A stretch of DNA of 64,000 nt from an uncultured bacterium (GTDB lineage: Bacteria; Chloroflexota; UBA5177; JANWHV01), in contig CAVSOU010000008.1 of assembly GCA_963729625.1 (NCBI GenBank), positions 32,001 through 96,000 on the forward strand, in the 5' to 3' direction. Position 1 is the first letter of the stretch; each line of letters begins with the position of its first letter. Positions 1-9,552 of the stretch are shown piece by piece. The position numbers and the translations under genes are program-made. The notes below the pieces were generated by a model that was given only the letters and a program-made list of their open reading frames with translations, was not told where the DNA came from and ran no database searches.

Positions 1-4
1 GGCC

Positions 5-271
5 ATGTTAGTTGTTCATCACCGGGTCAGAGACTATCGCGCCTGGCGAAAGGTATACGACGAGGTCGGACCGTTGCAGAAGGCAGCCGGGGTGACTGCC
101 GAGAGCGTCTACCAGGCCAAGGACGACCCGAACAGCGTGCTGGTTCTGCACAGCTTCGCCACGATGGCCGCCGCTGAGGCGTTCGCCGCCAATCCGGCCT
201 TGCGCGAGGCCATGCAGCATGGCGGGGTGGAAGGTGCACCGCGGGTGGAGTTCTTCGAGGCGGCTCCCTGA
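5..271 (+). CDS. Small dimeric alpha/beta-barrel (ABM/cyclase-like) protein; start may lie just before the window
   Basis: 88-aa ORF, VHHRVRDYRAWRKVYD...DDPNSVLVLHSF...EAMQHGGV pattern typical of ABM-like barrels. Confidence 0.65.
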   Translation: MLVVHHRVRDYRAWRKVYDEVGPLQKAAGVTAESVYQAKDDPNSVLVLHSFATMAAAEAFAANPALREAMQHGGVEGAPRVEFFEAAP

Positions 272-388
272 ACGTCGCACATGCTGTTTGACGTGCAGGA
301 GTAGCCAGCCGTGTACTACTCGAGCCCAGAGCTCGGTTCGTGAGATGAGTCGCGGGTTCACCGTGACGGCACATGAGGAGGTCATTCC

Positions 389-823
389 ATGGCAGCAGAA
401 GACGAGGTCCGGCAAGCATCAAATCGATTCTACGCGGCGCTGAACAGTGGGACCTCTGGCGACGCCGGCCCGATGATGGCAATTTGGTCGCATGGCCCAG
501 ACGTGACCACCATGCACCCGATCGGGAAGCGTGAGGTGGGCTGGGAACAGGTGCGGCCGGTGTGGGAGATGGCAGCCAACGCCTTCAGCGGGGGCAGGAT
601 TCGGTTGAGCGACCAGCTGATCCGCGTGGGGACGGATTTGGCCTACGAGGTCGGTGTGGAGGAAGGTGAGGCTACGCTGGCCGGCGAGCACGTCTCGATC
701 AGCCAGCGAGTGACCAACATCTACCGCCGTGAGGGTGGGGACTGGAAGATAGTTCACCACCATAGCGATGCCTCGCCGGCGATGAACGAACTGCTCAGCC
801 GGCTCCAGCCGCCGCCACAGTAG
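389..823 (+). CDS. SnoaL-like / NTF2-family protein (DUF4440-like)
   Basis: GAGGAGG RBS at about 375-381; FYAALN...GWEQVR...RVTNIYRREGGDWKIVHHHSD signature. Confidence 0.85.
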   Translation: MAAEDEVRQASNRFYAALNSGTSGDAGPMMAIWSHGPDVTTMHPIGKREVGWEQVRPVWEMAANAFSGGRIRLSDQLIRVGTDLAYEVGVEEGEATLAGEHVSISQRVTNIYRREGGDWKIVHHHSDASPAMNELLSRLQPPPQ

Positions 824-862
824 GAAACAGCTCGCCCAGACAAACCTAGTTGGTCAAGTGCG

Positions 863-1384
863 TTGCTCATAGCCATTGCCGCGGCGCTTGAGACCCAGGT
901 CTTCAGGCTGCGGGTACCCACAAGAGTGGGTGTCCTCCGCGTGGACGATGACAACGAGACTGGCGGGCCCACCGAGGTCCCCAAACAAGAAAGGACGACA
1001 CGACATGCGATTCTCGCGATATTCATTCACGTTGGTGACAAAGTGAACTGGGTGTCCGGCGGGGTGCTCTTTCACACGGTCAGCTTCGGCATCGATCCGC
1101 GCAAGACGCCGCTACTTATCCCGGTAGCGACCGGCCCCACCGGCCCGACTCTGGCGCTCAACCCGGTGATCAGCACGCCGGTCATGCCGGCCGGCGGCAT
1201 GTACACCGGAGGCGTGGCCAGCTCCGGCCTCGACCTGCAGGGTAATTACCTGAATCTGCCCGGCCAGAAATACGTGAAGGCTGCGTTTTCCCTGACCTTC
1301 GCCAAGGCCGGTACGTACACCTACAATTGCCTGGTTCATCCGGGCATGATAGGAACGATCACCGTGCTGCCGACAGGCCAGTAG
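863..1384 (+). CDS. Cupredoxin (plastocyanin/azurin-like) domain protein, N-terminus probably truncated
   Basis: VGDKVNW..FHTVSF and C-terminal GTYTYNCLVHPGM type-1 copper motif; no credible signal peptide or RBS. Confidence 0.65.
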   Translation: MLIAIAAALETQVFRLRVPTRVGVLRVDDDNETGGPTEVPKQERTTRHAILAIFIHVGDKVNWVSGGVLFHTVSFGIDPRKTPLLIPVATGPTGPTLALNPVISTPVMPAGGMYTGGVASSGLDLQGNYLNLPGQKYVKAAFSLTFAKAGTYTYNCLVHPGMIGTITVLPTGQ

Positions 1385-1490
1385 CACGCGATAGAGCGAG
1401 CAGCGCACAGCCCTGCCGTTGAGCAGGGAGCAGTGTCGTGGGGCGCGGGCAACATGCCCGCGCCCCACGGAACACACAGGGGGATAACTG

Positions 1491-2108
1491 GTGAGCCTTC
1501 CACACCACCTGGATCGAAGTACGCGGCACCTTCGACCATCAAGCCACCTTCAGGCACCGATCGCGCCAGCCAGGGCTGCCCCATCGGGTCGCGCGCTACG
1601 CCGAGCGGCCGTGGCATGCCTCGTGCTCCTGGTGGCGCTCGGCCTTGTGGGCATTGGCGTCAGCGTCCATGGTCGGGCAGCAGCAAAGCCGGACCTTGGC
1701 GGCAAGCCGACGGCAACGACCGTTGATCCGGGCCTGATCCTGCGGCCCCAAACCGTTACCCAGTCGAAGCGGATCGGCGGCCTCTATCTTGAGATGACCA
1801 TGTCACCCCTCATACCAGGTATGAACCACTTCGCACTGCGGATCGATAACGGCAGTCAGCCCCTCGGTCAGGCAGCAGTTACCGCGACCGCAACCATGCT
1901 GGGCATGGTCATGAGCCCCCTCCACGTTACGTTCACGGCAGGCGCCGGTGGTCGTTACGCGGCCGTAGGCACGCTGCCGATGTTCGGCAACTGGCAAATC
2001 GCACTCACGGTCCGGCAGCCGCACGGCGGCACTGTAACTACACTCTTCTCTCTTTCGCTTAACCTTCCGCCGGGGCTTTTCGCGTCACCACAAACGAAGC
2101 GGAAATAG
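1491..2108 (+). CDS. Membrane-anchored YtkA/FixH-like Ig-fold protein
   Basis: Hydrophobic N-terminal helix; PG.NHF, ATMLGMVM, GRY...LPMFGNWQIALTV pattern; next to a cupredoxin gene. Confidence 0.65.
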   Translation: MSLPHHLDRSTRHLRPSSHLQAPIAPARAAPSGRALRRAAVACLVLLVALGLVGIGVSVHGRAAAKPDLGGKPTATTVDPGLILRPQTVTQSKRIGGLYLEMTMSPLIPGMNHFALRIDNGSQPLGQAAVTATATMLGMVMSPLHVTFTAGAGGRYAAVGTLPMFGNWQIALTVRQPHGGTVTTLFSLSLNLPPGLFASPQTKRK

Positions 2109-2827
2109 TCCATAACGACAGATTGTCTAACCCTATCGACTGCGCCGTTGCGCGGTCAGCCTGCGAAGCGCGCAGAGGTGCCGCTGCATCGCACCCGCTC
2201 AACTCGTCGCACGTTCCACGGGGAGCCACGCAGTACCGGCTTGCCGCGGGCACTTGCGCGATCTTCGAGAAGCACAACACGAAGCCTCCTGGGCCCGGCG
2301 CTATCACCTGATTGAGCAGCGTTCGCGGTTGCAGCCGCAGGCGAGCCTGCTGTGCGCAGCGGGTAGGCGCAACCCGGTGCATGGGTCTATCGCGCATCAG
2401 AGACAGCTGGCCCCAGCTCGTTGGGCAGGAATGCACGATATGCACCCAGGCATGACGAGCCGAGCCAGCCAGATCACCTGCCACATCACGACGCCATCGC
2501 TCCACGACGGCGAACGTGAGGTTGCATCTTCATGCATGAGCGGTTGTGGCGCTCCACAGTCGCGTCAGCCAGGAGGCAACTCTATGTGCCGTTGCGTCGT
2601 TACAGATCAGATGCTTACACACGCCGATCGGACACCCGAGCAACTCACGAGGCTCATCATCGGGGTGACTCGGGTGTTGACGGGCGGGTTGAGCGCAGAG
2701 TCTGCCAGCCGCCACTCGATGAGCTAGCGCCGGCTCAACCGATCTATACTGGCGCTGATAGTGGAAGCTTGTCGAGACCCGAGCCGGTGAGCTGGGTCTC
2801 GCCGGTCCAGTTGCGGGGAGGTTAACC

Positions 2828-5206
2828 ATGGCGCGGCGACTTGCTCTTCTGGTGAGTATCGTAGTTGGACTGCTCCCCGTGTTCGCCCTTCCCTCGCCGC
2901 GCGCAGCCGCGGAAGGCCGGAGTGGCGAGTCCGTGCCCACACTCCTCATCGGGAGTTGGTCGGCCGGGAGCGTCAGCGGGATCACCTTCCAGAATCCATT
3001 GACCGGCGAGTACGCGCCTCCTACCGGTGCCGGAGAGCGCTACACGTTCGCTGCCGACGGGCACTACGTCTATGGCGGCCTGTTGCAGACGTCGTTCTAT
3101 GGCTGCACCAGCGCTGTCTTCCTCTACGCTACAGGCCGCCTCGTCGCCGACAAGAACACTCTGACTCTCACACCGGACCAGAGCGCCGTGGTCAGCAAGG
3201 ATACGTGCAACAAGAAGAACAACTACACCAAACCGGGCTCGCTGGCGAAAGAGACGTACCGCTGGGCGCTCGATCAGTACCAGCGGGGCACGAAGCTGTG
3301 CTTGCAGCAGCGTGCCCCGAAGGCCGCGGCGCAGCCGAATTGTGAATTCTGGCTCGAGGGCTCGCCGCGGAGCAAGGCGACGGCAGTCAACGCGGGTACG
3401 GGGACGGCATTCTGGCACAACCGGTCGTCCGGCACCAGCCTCGATCTCTTCGGAGTCGGCTGCGGGAACACGCAAGACTGCGTGGCGGTAGGTTGGAAGC
3501 TGAACGCACAATTGGACGACGACACGGTTGCCCTGCACAGCGTAGACGGAGGCACTTCGTGGCTGCGCCAGTTGCGACTAGGAGGCGGCATCAAGCTGCG
3601 CGGCGCGAGCTGCGCGCAGGCTGGCACCTGTCTGGTAGTCGGCGACAGCGCTAGTTCGGGTGGGGTTGCCTTGCCGGTTGGTCATGGGACCGTGGTCTGG
3701 ACCGCGAATGCCCTGGGCGCCAATTCCGGGGCAATCCACGGCATCGGCTGTGCCGGCATGCGCGTGTGTGTTGCTGTTGGCCTCGACGGCGCCATGCTCA
3801 CCAGCGTGAACGGCGGAGCGAGTTGGACAGGCAGAAGGTCCAGTACCACCAAGACGCTTGCCGCGGTCAGCTGCCCAAGCGTGAGCTTGTGCGTGGTCGT
3901 GGGCGAGGCCGGCACCGTGCTCACCAGCACCGATGCTGGAAGCACTTGGACCAACCGTGTATCCGGTACCAGCGATGACCTTGACGGCGTGACCTGCCTG
4001 AGCAACAGCGTGTGCCTGGCCGTGGGCGGCGGTCGCATCCTGGCCAGCACCAACGCCGGAGCCAGCTGGAGCCCGCATAGCATGCCGCCCGGCACGTACG
4101 ACGCCCTGCAGACAGTCACCTGTTTCACCAGCAGCGGGTGTGTAGCGGTGGGCGAGAGCGGCGCCATCCTGGCCAGCGCCGACGGCGGCGCCACGTGGGC
4201 TACTCGCGCGTCGGGCACCAACAACAATTTGTACGGCGTGGCCTGTCCGAGCAGTACCAGATGCGTAGCGGTGGGTATGAACGGCACGGTCCTCGCCAGC
4301 GCCGACGGCGGCGCCACCTGGCATGCGGGGTCCTCAGGTACGACTCAGAGCCTGCGTGGTGTGAGCTGCGCAGGGCCAACCCGCTGTCTGGCCGTGGGCG
4401 ACGACGGCGCCATTCGATCCAGTATCGACGGCGGCGGCAGCTGGAGTAGCAGCTCCGCGGGTACCGACGACGCCTTCACTGCCGTCGCCTGCCCGAGCAC
4501 GACCGACTGCCTGGCAGCGACGCCACGCGGCGTGCTGACCACCACGGACGGCGGTGTCCGCTGGTCGATCTGGACGCCGGCCGCAAGCACGGCGCTCAAC
4601 GGGGTGAGCTGCCCGAGCACGACGAGCTGCGTGGCCGTAGGGTATTCCGGCGCGGAGGCGGCTGGGATCCTGACCAGCGTGGATAGCGGTCGCAGCTGGT
4701 CGAACCGGGCCACGAGCAGCGCGAGCACCCTGGAAGCCGTGAGCTGTCCCAGCGCACGAATTTGCGTGGCCGTGGGCAATGACGGCCTGGACCTTACCAG
4801 CGCCGATGGCGGCGTCACCTGGACGAGCCGGCATTCCGGGATCAAAGACACCTCACTGTATGGAGTGAGCTGCCCAAGCACGCGCGTCTGCATCGCGGTG
4901 GGCGGTGAGCTGAACGGTATCGTGCTGAGCAGCCACGACGGCGGAGTGACGTGGTCGACGTACGAGTCGTTTGACGACATCACACACGGGAGCGTCCTGT
5001 ACGGTGTCGGCTGCGCCAATCTGACTTTCTGCGTCGCGGTCGGCCAGTACGGCACCATCCTCACCACCGCGGACGGTGGCGAGCACTGGACCAGCCAGGT
5101 AGCGTCGGGCGGCAGCAAGACCACGACACTGAACGGCGTCACCTGCAGTCGTGGTGGCACCTGCCTTGCGGTCGGCACTGGTGGCGCGATCCTTCGCTTG
5201 AGCTGA
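2828..5206 (+). CDS. Secreted Cys-rich BNR/Asp-box repeat beta-propeller protein (Ycf48-like repeats) with an N-terminal beta domain
   Basis: GGGGAGG RBS; signal peptide; over a dozen ~43-aa repeats L.GVSCPS...C.AVG..G.IL.S.DGG.TW. Confidence 0.85.
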   Translation: MARRLALLVSIVVGLLPVFALPSPRAAAEGRSGESVPTLLIGSWSAGSVSGITFQNPLTGEYAPPTGAGERYTFAADGHYVYGGLLQTSFYGCTSAVFLYATGRLVADKNTLTLTPDQSAVVSKDTCNKKNNYTKPGSLAKETYRWALDQYQRGTKLCLQQRAPKAAAQPNCEFWLEGSPRSKATAVNAGTGTAFWHNRSSGTSLDLFGVGCGNTQDCVAVGWKLNAQLDDDTVALHSVDGGTSWLRQLRLGGGIKLRGASCAQAGTCLVVGDSASSGGVALPVGHGTVVWTANALGANSGAIHGIGCAGMRVCVAVGLDGAMLTSVNGGASWTGRRSSTTKTLAAVSCPSVSLCVVVGEAGTVLTSTDAGSTWTNRVSGTSDDLDGVTCLSNSVCLAVGGGRILASTNAGASWSPHSMPPGTYDALQTVTCFTSSGCVAVGESGAILASADGGATWATRASGTNNNLYGVACPSSTRCVAVGMNGTVLASADGGATWHAGSSGTTQSLRGVSCAGPTRCLAVGDDGAIRSSIDGGGSWSSSSAGTDDAFTAVACPSTTDCLAATPRGVLTTTDGGVRWSIWTPAASTALNGVSCPSTTSCVAVGYSGAEAAGILTSVDSGRSWSNRATSSASTLEAVSCPSARICVAVGNDGLDLTSADGGVTWTSRHSGIKDTSLYGVSCPSTRVCIAVGGELNGIVLSSHDGGVTWSTYESFDDITHGSVLYGVGCANLTFCVAVGQYGTILTTADGGEHWTSQVASGGSKTTTLNGVTCSRGGTCLAVGTGGAILRLS

Positions 5207-5599
5207 GTCACTCGTTCGGGGCTACGTGGACGGACGAGCAACGGGTTGAGTCACGGGAAGCGCGCCGCCCATGGGCTGCGGTGCACGAGCGCTGTTCGTG
5301 CAGGCAGCTGAGTTGGCCCGCGGTATGGGCGATCGCGGATTGCTGGCCGACCTGCACGCCATGCTGCAAGCACATGGGGACTGGATGGAGTTGAGACAAT
5401 CGGATGGGAGCGCCGCCATAGCGCACGACGGCCGCGCGTCCCGCGCGCACGAGCCCGGGTGACGCAGCTCTCGCAGTGAGAGAGATCAGACGGCGGTATG
5501 CCGGGCAGTGGTATGCTCGGGGTCATGGCAGGTAGAACGCATGAGGACAGGAAACTCCTATCCATCCCCCTATTGGCGAAACAAAGGAGCGGAGAGAAG

Positions 5600-6031
5600 A
5601 TGGCGTCGACAAGCCGTCCGAATGGCGGGGCCGATTCAGCGAACATCACGAAGCGGATCCAAGAGCTGGGGGATTGGAGAGGAGAGACCCTCGCCCATGT
5701 CCGTCAGCTCATCCACGATGCCGACCCCGACATCCAGGAGGAGTGGAAATGGGTTAAAGAAAGCTCGCCGGGTACCCCCGTCTGGTCCCATGACGGAGGC
5801 ATCTGCACGGGGGAAACGTACAAGCAGGCGGTGAAGCTCACCTTCTTCCGCGGAGCCTCTCTCGAGGACCCGAACAAGATCTTCAATTCCAGCTTGGAAG
5901 GGAACGTGCGGCGAGCGATCGACTTCCACGAAGGAGAGAAGATCGACGAAGCTGCCTTCAAGCAGCTCATCCGCGCCGCGGTGGCAGCCAACTCCGCAGC
6001 GCTTGCTCAACGGGCAGCGAAGAAGAAGTGA
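5600..6031 (+). CDS. DUF1801 (YdhG-like) domain protein
   Basis: DWRGETL..VRQLIHDADPDIQEEWKW..GTPVWSHDGGICTGETYK..VKLTF family pattern; GGAG RBS before ATG 5600. Confidence 0.88.
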   Translation: MASTSRPNGGADSANITKRIQELGDWRGETLAHVRQLIHDADPDIQEEWKWVKESSPGTPVWSHDGGICTGETYKQAVKLTFFRGASLEDPNKIFNSSLEGNVRRAIDFHEGEKIDEAAFKQLIRAAVAANSAALAQRAAKKK

Positions 6032-6102
6032 GCCCTTGGGCTCGCCCGTTAACAGGCAGATCATGCCTTCTCGCACACGCGATATTTAGCCTGTTTAGGT
6101 GC

Positions 6103-6131
6103 TTGAAACCTAGAATTCTATTCTTTATCCT
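6103..6131 (+). promoter_or_regulatory. Sigma70-type promoter with a palindrome in the spacer
   Basis: TTGAAA(6103-6108)-17 nt-TATCCT(6126-6131); perfect palindrome TAGAATTCTA at 6111-6120; AT-rich patch. Confidence 0.55.
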
Positions 6132-6211
6132 GAAGTATGAGTGGGTGAATGTTGTCGGCATGGTTGCCTTGAGTGCGCGCCTCTACTATCGGTTCGATCG
6201 GGGGATCAGGG

Positions 6212-6820
6212 ATGGCAGACCAGGCTCAGGCCGTGGCGATGGGCATCGGCATTGACGCGCGGCCACGTTCGACCATCCAGATCGTGCCGGTCAAGGGACT
6301 TCCTATCGTCGTGGCAATCATCATCGGGCTGATAGCGTCCATCGCGACCGATTCGCGGTGGGCGCTCACGTTCTATCACGTGGCGGGCGGGGGCCTGTGG
6401 ACGGGGATCGACCTCTTTGTCGGGCTCGTCATCGGGCCGATCATCGGCCGCATGTCCATACCGTCCCGGGCCGAGTTCTCGGCGCGGTTCATGCCGATGA
6501 TGGTGCTGATCATGCCGACACTCGTGATCATGACCCTCGCGTCAGGTTTCCAGCTGGCTATCGATCTCGGCAACCTCGCCTCTTCAAGCCCGAACCACGG
6601 TTGGTTGATCGGGTCGTTCGTCGTGGTCGGCGTCATGGCCACAATCGCCCTTGGACTTCTGGAGCCGGCTAATATCGCCGTGCTGTTCGAGATGAACAAA
6701 CCGCATCCCAACGGCAGGATCATCGGCACGCTCATGCGCCGGTTCATCTACACTGCCGGCGTCACCGGCACCATGCAGGTAGCGACGCTCGTGATCATGA
6801 CGCGCGTGGCATCGCAATGA
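6212..6820 (+). CDS. Uncharacterised multi-pass membrane protein
   Basis: About five hydrophobic helices, FYHVAGGGLWTGIDLF motif; stop overlaps the next start (ATGA). Confidence 0.75.
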   Translation: MADQAQAVAMGIGIDARPRSTIQIVPVKGLPIVVAIIIGLIASIATDSRWALTFYHVAGGGLWTGIDLFVGLVIGPIIGRMSIPSRAEFSARFMPMMVLIMPTLVIMTLASGFQLAIDLGNLASSSPNHGWLIGSFVVVGVMATIALGLLEPANIAVLFEMNKPHPNGRIIGTLMRRFIYTAGVTGTMQVATLVIMTRVASQ

Positions 6821-7233
6821 GCGCGGTCTCCCAGAGTCCTGTCGCTCCGCCGGTTGCCCAGCTGGCCGGCGCTTCCCTGGCCCTGGTGGTCGTCGGGGGC
6901 ATCATCATGGCGTCCTCGTTTCCGGGCCAACCTTCGCTCGCTGCTCCCATCGGGCTTCTCGTGCTGAGCGCCCTGCTACTGGCCACCAGTATCGCCCTCC
7001 TCGCCCGGCATCGTGGATTTGCCTGGCACACATTCTTCCTCGTGGCAAAGTGGGCGCTGCTCGCCTACGCGGTGTCCGCGGGGATGATCGAGTATTCCTT
7101 CGTGCATAACCACACCAGTGGCGCGCCGCTGTTGGTACTCACGCTGATGCTGATCCTGTTCGCGGCCAACGTGCCGTTGCTCATCAGCTTCACGGTTGCG
7201 CGGTACCAGACGGGACTGGACGCGGATCGCTAG
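6817..7233 (+). CDS. Uncharacterised four-helix membrane protein
   Basis: Four hydrophobic segments; translationally coupled to the upstream gene. Confidence 0.75.
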   Translation: MSAVSQSPVAPPVAQLAGASLALVVVGGIIMASSFPGQPSLAAPIGLLVLSALLLATSIALLARHRGFAWHTFFLVAKWALLAYAVSAGMIEYSFVHNHTSGAPLLVLTLMLILFAANVPLLISFTVARYQTGLDADR

Positions 7234-7326
7234 GGCGCCGTCGAGACCAATTGACGCACTGCCGGAACCGCCACGTGGTCGTCACCGGCGTGTGAACTCC
7301 CGTGCAGTGTGCCGGTCGAGCCCGCT

Positions 7327-7947
7327 CTATCGCGGCCGAGCCATGGGCTGCCGGATTACCGTCTTGAGTTTCGAGGGTTCCGTGCGGCGAGGATCGCCAA
7401 GGTAGATCTCGTGGTGCTTGCCCGTCAGGACATAGCCGCGGTCGTGAATGAAATCGTGCAACCGCCGGATCGTGGGCCCTTCGTCCTTATACGGTCCGTA
7501 GTACAGGATCTGGGCGCACAGGCCCTCATGGAATGCTTCAAAGCGCATGCGCGGCAGCGCGGGCAGCGGCTTCTTCTTTCCAGCTGCCTGCATCGCGGCC
7601 GTGACGGCCTCGCGCGTCACCACTGGCGGCTGCATGATCATCGCGGTCCACCGCCACTGGTCGGGCCGAGCGGCCGTGAAGTCAGGGTTGTCCGCGCCCC
7701 ACCAGAGTGCCTCCAGCGGCAGGACGCTGTAGTCCGAGGAGGCGTCGGTCTTCTTGATCTCGAACTTGAGTGTGTAGGCCACGGCATACAGGGCGCCAAT
7801 TGCATCGGCAAAGGCCTGCGACGTGTCTGGATATCCCTCCCCGTCGATCATGAGGTAGTTCATGGGCGGAAGATCCACAATGGAGAAGTCCTTGGCCGAT
7901 GGTTGGTAGAGATCCTTGAGCTCGCGCTTGAAATCGGTCGCCGGCAT
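7327..7947 (-). CDS. GyrI-like small-molecule-binding domain protein
   Basis: DFKRELKDLYQP, PLEALWW, WRWTAMIMQP, GPYKDEGPTI, GKHHEIYLGDPRR motifs; AAGGAG RBS. Confidence 0.9.
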   Translation of the reverse strand: MPATDFKRELKDLYQPSAKDFSIVDLPPMNYLMIDGEGYPDTSQAFADAIGALYAVAYTLKFEIKKTDASSDYSVLPLEALWWGADNPDFTAARPDQWRWTAMIMQPPVVTREAVTAAMQAAGKKKPLPALPRMRFEAFHEGLCAQILYYGPYKDEGPTIRRLHDFIHDRGYVLTGKHHEIYLGDPRRTEPSKLKTVIRQPMARPR

Positions 7948-7970
7948 ACTCTACTCCTTTTCTCGCCTAG

Positions 7971-8006
7971 TCAAGCAGGGAACTGCTCTTCGCCAACCCT
8001 GAACAT
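7971..8006 (-). pseudogene. Internally deleted MerR (BmrR-type) regulator remnant, MFRVGEEQFPA*
   Basis: MFRVGE resembles a MerR N-terminus and QFPA* a BmrR-type C-terminus; lies directly behind a 19-bp-spacer promoter. Confidence 0.55.
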
Positions 8007-8051
8007 GGCTGCCACGCTCGGTTCTGGGCATCAGTACAGCTCTTCGCACCT

Positions 8052-8082
8052 ACCCTACTCCATCCCGTGAGGGGAAAGTCAA
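8052..8082 (-). promoter_or_regulatory. MerR-type promoter/operator
   Basis: Minus strand TTGACT-19 nt-TAGGGT with an imperfect dyad TCCCC-TCAC-GGGA in the spacer. Confidence 0.7.
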
Positions 8083-8121
8083 GAGCCCTGGTGGAATCAA
8101 CGCTGCAACATCACCCGGCGG

Positions 8122-9552
8122 CTAGCCCTGCGGAATATCGCTCATCGCCTGGTCGATGAGCGGATCGACGCCGGCAGAAAGCTGCTTGGCCGTGGCGGTA
8201 GCCTGCTGATCCGGAGCAACACCGATCTTGTCGATCAGCTCTCCGTTCGCTCCGAGCACGTGAAGCGCCGTGATTTCCAGCGCGCTTCCGTCGCTCAGAC
8301 TGTAAAAGTATGCTCCGGCCAGATCGCCGCTCGTACGACTGCCGACCAGCGTGCCCAATCGCAAGTCGCGGACGGCAGCCGCCACGAGTTCAGACGAAGA
8401 AGCGGACTCATTATCGGTCAGCACGACCAACGGCACACGCAAGAAGGGAACTGTGCTGCCTGTGCGCAGGGCAACGCGCTTGCCATTGCCATCCACTTCG
8501 TAGCCGACGACGGCATTGTGGGCAAAGGCGCCGAGAATCTGGACTGCCTGATCCTCCGCGCCACCGAGGTTACCGCGTTCGTCGAGCACCACGCCACGCA
8601 GCCCCGAACCCAGGTGCAGACCTTTGATCGCCGCGAAGGCACGTGCCGCGGCATCCGCACTGAACTCAAGAAGCCGGACATAGGCTATTCTGCTTCCCAC
8701 CACGCGAGCAGAAACCGGCTGCGTCACCATCAGCTTCGGATGCAATGAAACCGTGAAATGCGCCCGGGTGGAAGGGCGGAACACCGACAAGGAAACTGTA
8801 TCACCCATGTGCGGAACCTCCACCGAACCCAGCGCGGCCGTCTGCTGGCCATCTGTGATCGCAGGCTGACCATCCACCTGTTCGATAGTGTCGCCGGGTC
8901 GCAGGCCGGCGCCGGCCGCCGGAGTACTCGGCAGCACGTCGGTGATGAAGGTCGACGTGACCGTCGGCGTGACCGGCGAGGTGACGATCCCCAATGTCGG
9001 CGCAGGCGTGCCCGGGCTCAGCTCGCTGAGATAGATCTTCGTCTCGTCCGTGGACCAGTACGCAAGGTGACCGTCGTGCAGGCTCATGGCCATGCCGAAT
9101 AGCGCCAGCTCGGCCAGCGCCTGTTGGACACTCGCGGTCGACGGCAGGAGCGCGGCGATGGCCTCGTACTCATCGGCGAAGAGCTGCCAGTCGACGTCGC
9201 GATCGCCCAGCAGCGAGGGCAGGGCATATCCCTCCGTGCCGGAGGGTAGGGAGCCGGAAATCTCGTTCCACGCGCCTTGCAGAAGTGTGCGGTCATCCAC
9301 GCTCTTGCCCGTGATGTAGTGCCTCAAGATACAGCGATAGCCCTGCTCGACCACGGCGATGTCACTGCGGTGGCCGGTGAGCAGATCCTTCGGCGCGTCT
9401 AGCCGCTTGCACAGGGCAAGGGAAGCAGGCGCGGCACTGGCCGGCAGCGCCGACCCAGTACAGCAGAAGACAAGTGTCCAGACCAGCGCGCACATCAGGG
9501 ACGCGCGTGACCGCGTGAGGCTCGTGCGTCCGGTGCGCCCAGCCATTACCAT
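8122..9552 (-). CDS. Secreted S41-family peptidase with PDZ domain
   Basis: Signal peptide; PAAGAGLRPGD PDZ motif; LDERGNLGG and SASSSE catalytic-Ser motifs; GVAPD. Confidence 0.9.
   Translation of the reverse strand: MVMAGRTGRTSLTRSRASLMCALVWTLVFCCTGSALPASAAPASLALCKRLDAPKDLLTGHRSDIAVVEQGYRCILRHYITGKSVDDRTLLQGAWNEISGSLPSGTEGYALPSLLGDRDVDWQLFADEYEAIAALLPSTASVQQALAELALFGMAMSLHDGHLAYWSTDETKIYLSELSPGTPAPTLGIVTSPVTPTVTSTFITDVLPSTPAAGAGLRPGDTIEQVDGQPAITDGQQTAALGSVEVPHMGDTVSLSVFRPSTRAHFTVSLHPKLMVTQPVSARVVGSRIAYVRLLEFSADAAARAFAAIKGLHLGSGLRGVVLDERGNLGGAEDQAVQILGAFAHNAVVGYEVDGNGKRVALRTGSTVPFLRVPLVVLTDNESASSSELVAAAVRDLRLGTLVGSRTSGDLAGAYFYSLSDGSALEITALHVLGANGELIDKIGVAPDQQATATAKQLSAGVDPLIDQAMSDIPQG

Noticed and set aside
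2109-2827. Short ORFs and a hairpin (CGAGACCC/GGGTCTCG) upstream of the BNR gene
   Set aside because: No recognisable protein or riboswitch motif; a single GC hairpin is expected by chance
3400-5200. Regularly recurring DNA motifs (GTGAGCTG, GACGGCGGC) resembling an array
   Set aside because: Degenerate, in-frame coding repeats of the BNR protein; no identical repeats with unique spacers, so not CRISPR
5271-5462. 63-aa ORF with an AAELARGMGD TPR-like phrase
   Set aside because: Too short and without RBS; similarity is only impressionistic
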